NCBI RefSeq assembly: GCF_006345805.1
Contig: NC_043009.1
Location: 67,456,001-67,520,000 of the forward strand
Length of the DNA stretch: 64,000 nucleotides
Origin: Octopus sinensis
Lineage: Eukaryota
Direction: 5' to 3'
Shown here in pieces: positions 51,128 to 64,000 of this stretch; the first letter of the stretch is position 1, and each line of letters begins with the position of its first letter. The position numbers were made by a program, and so were the translations under genes. The notes beneath the pieces were generated by a model, which worked only from the letters and a program-made list of their open reading frames with translations, had not been told where the DNA came from and did no database searches.

Positions 51128-52581
51128 TGAAGTGGCGAGCCATGAGTCTCATATATATATATATATCTATATCTATATACTGGGCACAGGCATGGATGTT
51201 TGGTTACGAAGCTTGCTTCCCAACCATATGGTTCTGGGCGTCGCACACGCGTATGTTTGTGTGTGTGTGTGTGTGTGTGCCCTTGTCATGACACTGCGTA
51301 ATTGTTGTAAACGAACATCACTGCTATACAAGCGATGTTTCGTCATAGGGAAATGTTACCTTGCTTGGAAACAGGTGAAAGGTTGGTTATAGGAAGGGTT
51401 ATAGGAAATTGTCTGAACCCATCGTGTGTGTGTGTGCGTGCGTGTGTACCTAGGCGCGTCTGTGCTCGTCTCACCGGTTGACAACTGGTGTCTTGTTTAC
51501 ATACGTACAACATGGCGTCGGCTTGGCAAAAAGTCTGATAACAAGACTTTAAAATATAATTTAAAAAAATAGAATCTACAAACACAACGTTGAGTTTCTT
51601 TAAGGCAATGCATTTTTTATAACTTTATTGATATAACGCTTAATATGCATACACACGCATATATTTATCAGATTTATTATATAAAGAATGGGGAAACTGA
51701 AAATAAAAAATATTTACATATTCCCTCACAAAAGGGACAACAGAGATTCCCCTTTAAAAAAAGGAAATGGTTTTATTTGTTAACAAATAACAGTATTTTC
51801 TCATGTCGTTCAGTTGCGGAGGTGGTAACCCTCCATTTCAACCGCAACTAAACCGTCGCGTCTCATACGAGGCGTCTTGTTTTCAAGCTCAAGCGTAAAG
51901 ATAATCCATCGGGTTCCTATGTAAAACCGCCTATGTTAGTTTTATTTCATTTATACACTCACGTTACATTGAATTGCTTTTATCATTTTTCATCTGGAGG
52001 GATTATTCTTCAATGTTACGATGGGGTTGCGTCTCACATGGTCTGTTTTAAACCCCAAGGGCAAAAGAAAAGATCCACCGGGCTTTTTCCAAATCTGCCC
52101 CAGACAAACCCTGAACGGAACGTATTGTTTTGCTTAGGACACGTTGTTTAATAATTAGTAGCAATTTCAGTAGATATAACAATCCCTAAAGATCCCTAAA
52201 ATGGAACGGCTAATCAAATCCTGAACGGAGCGTATTGTTTTGCTTAGGACACTGTTTAATAATTAGTAGCAATTTCAGTAGATATAACAATCCCTAAAGA
52301 TCCCTAAAATGGAACGGCTTATCCTGTTTACTTCAGATCCCGATGTAAAGTAACCGATGTTTGTCACTGATAGAAAAGAGACAACTTTCCAATTGAGACT
52401 TGTAGAGCTTTCCTTATTGGCACTTGTCATTATACCTGTGCGTGTGTGTGTGTGTGTGTGTACATTATGTGTGTGTGTGTACAGTGCGTGTGTGTGTGTG
52501 TGTGTGTGTGTGCGTGTGTAGTATATATACAGGGCCGGTCCTAGGGTAGCTGATCCAGCCCAAGTATACACTACCTCCCAC

Positions 52582-58620
<6,039 letters not shown>

Positions 58621-59600
58621 ATATGTTGTGGTTTAGGCTCAGTTGAGTCTTGGGAGGAGGACAGACCTACAACCAAAGACTTCCGGCATAACCATGTAAC
58701 TTTAGAACATAAATCTACATGAAGGACTACAATCTCTAATGTGATTTTCAGAGGTCAGATGGGAGGAATTCCAAAGATTTGAAAACGGTCAGAAAGATTG
58801 CGGCGTTTAATAGAATTAAGATGCTGATGAGAATGTTGCAGGAAAGAATCGCAAGATGGATTCTTCATAGGACGCTCTGGATTCGGTGATTGAAGACTGT
58901 ATCCCCTACTGGCCTTCTAGGAATAGCAGATGGAGAAGATGTATCAGATGTGGCTGTGTGGTAAGATATTGGTTCCCAACCACATGGTTTCGGGTTCAGT
59001 CCTACTACGCGGCACTTTGCGCAAGTGTCTTCTACTATAGCCTCGAGTCGACTAAAGCCTTGTGAGTGGATTTGGTGGACGGAAACTAAAAGAAGCCCAT
59101 CGTACATATATCTATATCTATGCGTATGTGTGTTTGTCCCCCATCACATCTGGACATCCAGTGCTGGTTGTTTACGTAACTTTAGCGGTTCGGCAAAAAA
59201 GACCGATAGAATAAGTACAAGACTAACAAAAAAAAAAAAAAAGTATTAGGGTGATTCATTCGGCTAGAAGTTCTTGAAAAGAGGTACTCCAGCGTGGCCG
59301 CAGTCTAATAACTGAAACAAGTAAAAACTTAAAAGGTAAAGTATTTTCTTTTATTCTTTTATTTGTTTCAGTCATTTGACTGCGGCCATGCTGGAGCACC
59401 GCCTTTTAATCGAGCAAATCGACCCCAGGACTTATTCTTTGCAAGCCTAGTACTTATTCTATCGCTCTCTATTGCCGAACCGCTAAGTTATGGGGACGTA
59501 AACACACCAGCATCGGTTGTCAAGCAATGGTGGGGACAAACACAGATACACGAATATACACACACATACATGCATACGTACATATATACATTCATACATA

Positions 59601-59644
<44 letters not shown>

Positions 59645-61192
59645 ACACACACACACAATATATATATACAACGGGTTTCTTTCAGTTTCCGTCTACCAAA
59701 TCCACTCACAAGGCTTTGGTCGGCCCGAGGCTATAGTAGAAGACACTTGCCCAAGGTTCCACGCAGTGGGACTGATCCCGGAACCATGTGGTTGGTAAGC
59801 AAGCTACTTACAACACAGCCACTCCTGCGTATATATATATATAATATATATATATATAGATACACACACACACACATACATATACAGGGTGTGTGTGTGC
59901 ACAAGAGTAGGTATATAGTAAGTATCATATCAATGTTATAATATTTAATTCATTAGAATCATTAGCACATTAAATTAATTAGCCTCATCATAACTTTTCA
60001 TGTTTTGATAAAAACAAACGAGTAATGTACGTGTTGTCTTTTTCACGACCGTATCCCTGCTTCTGCACCCCGCTGTATTTGCATTTACACACATACAGGT
60101 TGTCCCTCTCTCAAATATGTATATACACATTAAATGATTGTAAAGTTAATGTTTATCGAAATATATTTCATTTAAAGATTCAATCGAATGTATTGGCAGA
60201 ATTCTATCTTTTATGAACGCTTCTTTTCAAACTGACGACCGTTCTGGTCCAGGCACTGCTGATAACGCTAAGCAATAGAGTCGTAACTCAGACCAATTTC
60301 TTTACGGCAATAAAGAAATTGGTATTTAAAAATTTGCTAAGAATGAAATTATTGTGTATAATGCTCAGGTGCACTACAACTCATTAAAGGTGCATCTATG
60401 GTGCATAGAATTATGTACAAAAGTCAGGAAAGGGAACAGTGTGCATTCTCCTTCTTCTGGCTACCATTAATTTGTCAATGTTACTATACTAGTAAAGGCG
60501 GTGAGCTGACAGAATCGTTAGCACGCCGGACAAAATGCTTAGCGACATTTCGTCCGTCTTTATGTTCTGAGTTCAAATTCTGCCGCGGTCCACTTCGCCT
60601 TCAGTCCTTCCGGGATCGATAAATTAAGTACCAGTTGCACTCTGGGGTCGGTGTAATCGATGCATTCCCCACCAAAATTGCCGATCTTGAGCTAAAAATT
60701 TGAAACTAATATTAACTATGCCAGTGTGGGAATATTTTATCTTGCTGGAAATAAAACTCGCGGCAAGGGACCTGTCAGAGTATCGCTATGGAACAAAAAA
60801 AAAGAGAGGATTCCATTAATCCTCTGATAATAATCTGCCCTTTATCGTAACATCTGGTAAATTACCAGATATTCTTCCATGGTATGCAAATTGATTTACT
60901 GAGTCATTTCAGTAGGATAGAACTAAACGTGGCCGTGTACAACTAAGCAATGTTGAAAGAAGCAATGAAATTTATTTAATTTCAGTGGATTTATCTTAAT
61001 TTCACGCTGTTTGATTGGTCCCGGCTCTGGATGTTCCATCAACACAGCTCCAAACATTAGCCAGCGTGGTTCAACGATAAGATTTAAAGAATATTAATTA
61101 TATTAACTTATCTCCCTTGAACTAATGAAGAGTTATCTCCCGTGTAATTAGCAAGTTATAAGTTATCTCTCATTGAGTACCGTATGAAAAAG

Positions 61193-61237
<45 letters not shown>

Positions 61238-61504
61238 TTATGTCTGTCTGTCTGTTTCTCCCTCTCTTCCTTCTCTTTATAGTTCTTTCTCTCTCTATCT
61301 CTCTCTGTCTCTCTCTTTCTCCCCCCCTCTCTCTCTCCAAAATAATACCAATCTTTATATTTTTTCCAGTTTTGCAACTGAAATATGTATCCATCGTCTG
61401 TTGCTGTCTTTTGGCTTTCTTTGAATTTAAGAATTAAAACGAATCCGAAAACAGAATTCGAAGAGAAGCGTTTATGCACGGACATGTGTACGCACATCTC
61501 TCTC

Positions 61505-61958
<454 letters not shown>

Positions 61959-63624
61959 CCGCGAGAATTGGGATGCGGGACGAGCGTGTCTGCATACGCG
62001 GACGACGTCACCGTCATAGTGTCTAGCCACGAGCACATCGAGCTGGTCGGCGAGACACTGAAAAACTACGAAGCGGTGACAGGAGCGAAAATCAACCGGG
62101 AAAAGTCAGTGGGCTTGCGACTAGGCACCTGGAGAAGCAAGCCCATGCCGTCCACCAGCGCCTCCGTCGTGGGACGCTGGACCGACGGCCCGGTTGAGTT
62201 GCTCGGGGTCTGGTTTGGTCCGGACCTCCAAGTGGAGAAGAACTGGAACGAGATAACGAGTAGGGTGGTCACTCTCGCCCGGCAATGGGCCGAGAGGAAA
62301 CTGTCCCTAAAAGGTCGAGCGGAGGTGGCGAACACGTACATCGCGTCCGTCATCTACTACCGCCTGACCGTCGTACCTTGTCCCGACCCTACCATCACCA
62401 AACTACAACGCATCCTCTTTCGCTTCTTGTGGAAAGGATGCGTCCCGATGGTCAGGCGATCATTTGCTGTCAACACACCGTTAAAAGGAGGGCTGGGCAT
62501 GCCGTGGTTGATGATGCGCAGACACGCGCTGAGACTGCGACATCTCTGGCTCTATGTAGACGACGGTGAACAGGTGTGGTCGCCGTTTGTGAGGCACGCT
62601 TTCCCGCAGCTCGTCTCCATGACCGAACTGCAGTCGTGGATCAAAAAGAGGCCGAGGAAGGGCGAATGGCACCGCGAGTGTCGCGTTGCTCTCAAGCAAC
62701 TCTGCCGTCCTGGGTCGACCTTAAGTGACTTCAACACAACCAAAGCATTCTATAGGGGTTTAGTGGAGGGGAGGTACGACGACGAGCTCGGGGCGAACCT
62801 GGACGTCGACGAGGAGTACCTGACCCGCCTGTTCGGGACGACTTTCGGGCCAGGGCCCATGGACAACTTCCAGAGATCCCTGGCCTGGGCCCATGGACAA
62901 CTTCCAGAGATCCCTGGCCTGGCAGTGCTACCGAGAAGCGCTACCCGTTCGGGATAAGCTCTACAGACACGGCTCGAGAAACACGGGGCCGACCTGCCCG
63001 AGATGCGGTCAGAGCGACGAAACCGTTCTGCACGCACTCGTTCAGTGTCCAACAATTTCCGACCTGTGGGCTTATGTCGAACAACTGCTGTCACGTGTGG
63101 GACGAGTCGGTTTATCAGCTGAGTCTATCGTCAATATTGTCACGCCTCCTTCCTTCAAACGGGAAGGAAGAGCTATTTTCATCATCCTTGTGGCTATGGC
63201 GAAAGAATGTATCTGGTGGACGCGTCTGAAAGGATTGGAGACAAACACTTTCCTCTCTGGTCAATCTCTCATCAACTTCTTCAAGTACCACTTGAAAAGG
63301 AAAGTGAGAGTAGAGAGGCAAGTTTTGTCTAGCGAATGTTTTAAAAAAAGATGGGTGAATGTAGCAAGAATGGCACGTATGAATGACGAAGCCACCTTGA
63401 GCATAGTCCTATGAACCCAGAAATCGAAAACAGAGAGTTGCTTATTTGCAAAAAAAAAAAAAAAAAAAAAAAAAGAAATATAAAATGTGACTTCATTGAC
63501 CGAGGTTACCGTGGTCTTTTCCGCAGGCTTTTCTTTCCACGGGTAAACCTCACCTGTCCTCCCCTTTACACTTCACATTGACATTTCTGTGATAACGATC
63601 CCTATTGATCTTTTTTTTTCCTCT

Positions 63625-63655
<31 letters not shown>

Positions 63656-63820
63656 TAACCCCCCCTTATTTTTGTCCTCTTTCTCTCCTTTTACGATCCC
63701 TTTTGATCGAACCTCCCCCTTCCTTTTTTTTTTTTTTTTTTTTTAATACCTTCAAAAGAAAAGCTCTACCTTGTAATTTGTTCTATCTGTGTGCAGCCCT
63801 GTGTGGCTAATAAAGAAACA
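61959..63820 (+). mobile_element. Tx1/L1-type LINE, 5'-truncated (RT C-terminal half, zinc finger, 3' UTR)
   Basis: SAYADDVTV, AKINREKS, LSLKGRA, FRFLWKG and CPRCGQSDETVLHALVQC. GC-rich relative to flanks. AATAAA at 63809. Confidence 0.92.
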
Positions 63821-63859
63821 TATCTATCTATCTATCTATCTATTTATTTCTCTCTCTCT

Positions 63860-63903
<44 letters not shown>

Positions 63904-64000
63904 AGTCTGTCTATCTACCTGTCTGTCTATGTCTCAAACGCTATACTACACACACGCACACACAACCACACAATCACACACACAAACACATACACACATA

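Overview
AT-rich, repeat-dense eukaryotic genomic DNA, most likely a coleoid cephalopod (Octopus-like; inferred from the SINE/RTE/microsatellite landscape, not proven). Bases 472-32961 (+) hold 16 consecutive coding exons of a myotubularin phosphatase (MTMR2/MTM1 subfamily). All have GT-AG sites and join into one 593-aa frame with an intact HCSDGWDRT catalytic motif; the 5' exons lie upstream of the window. Bases ~44200-48660 (-) hold an unrecognised Cys/His-rich coding locus: a 239-aa ORF with (GHCHGH)-type repeats, four heptads and (CGP)8, plus two tandemly duplicated 10-Cys exon-like units that the ORF track misses. This is the best candidate for an undescribed system (sperm-tail fibre-like or metal-binding protein). 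The rest is mobile DNA: two RTE LINEs, a Tx1/L1-type LINE inside a (TATC)n array, Penelope-like remnants, several tRNA-headed SINE families, TTAA-flanked MITEs, long microsatellites and several large inverted repeats. Most entries in the ORF track are microsatellite or antisense artefacts.
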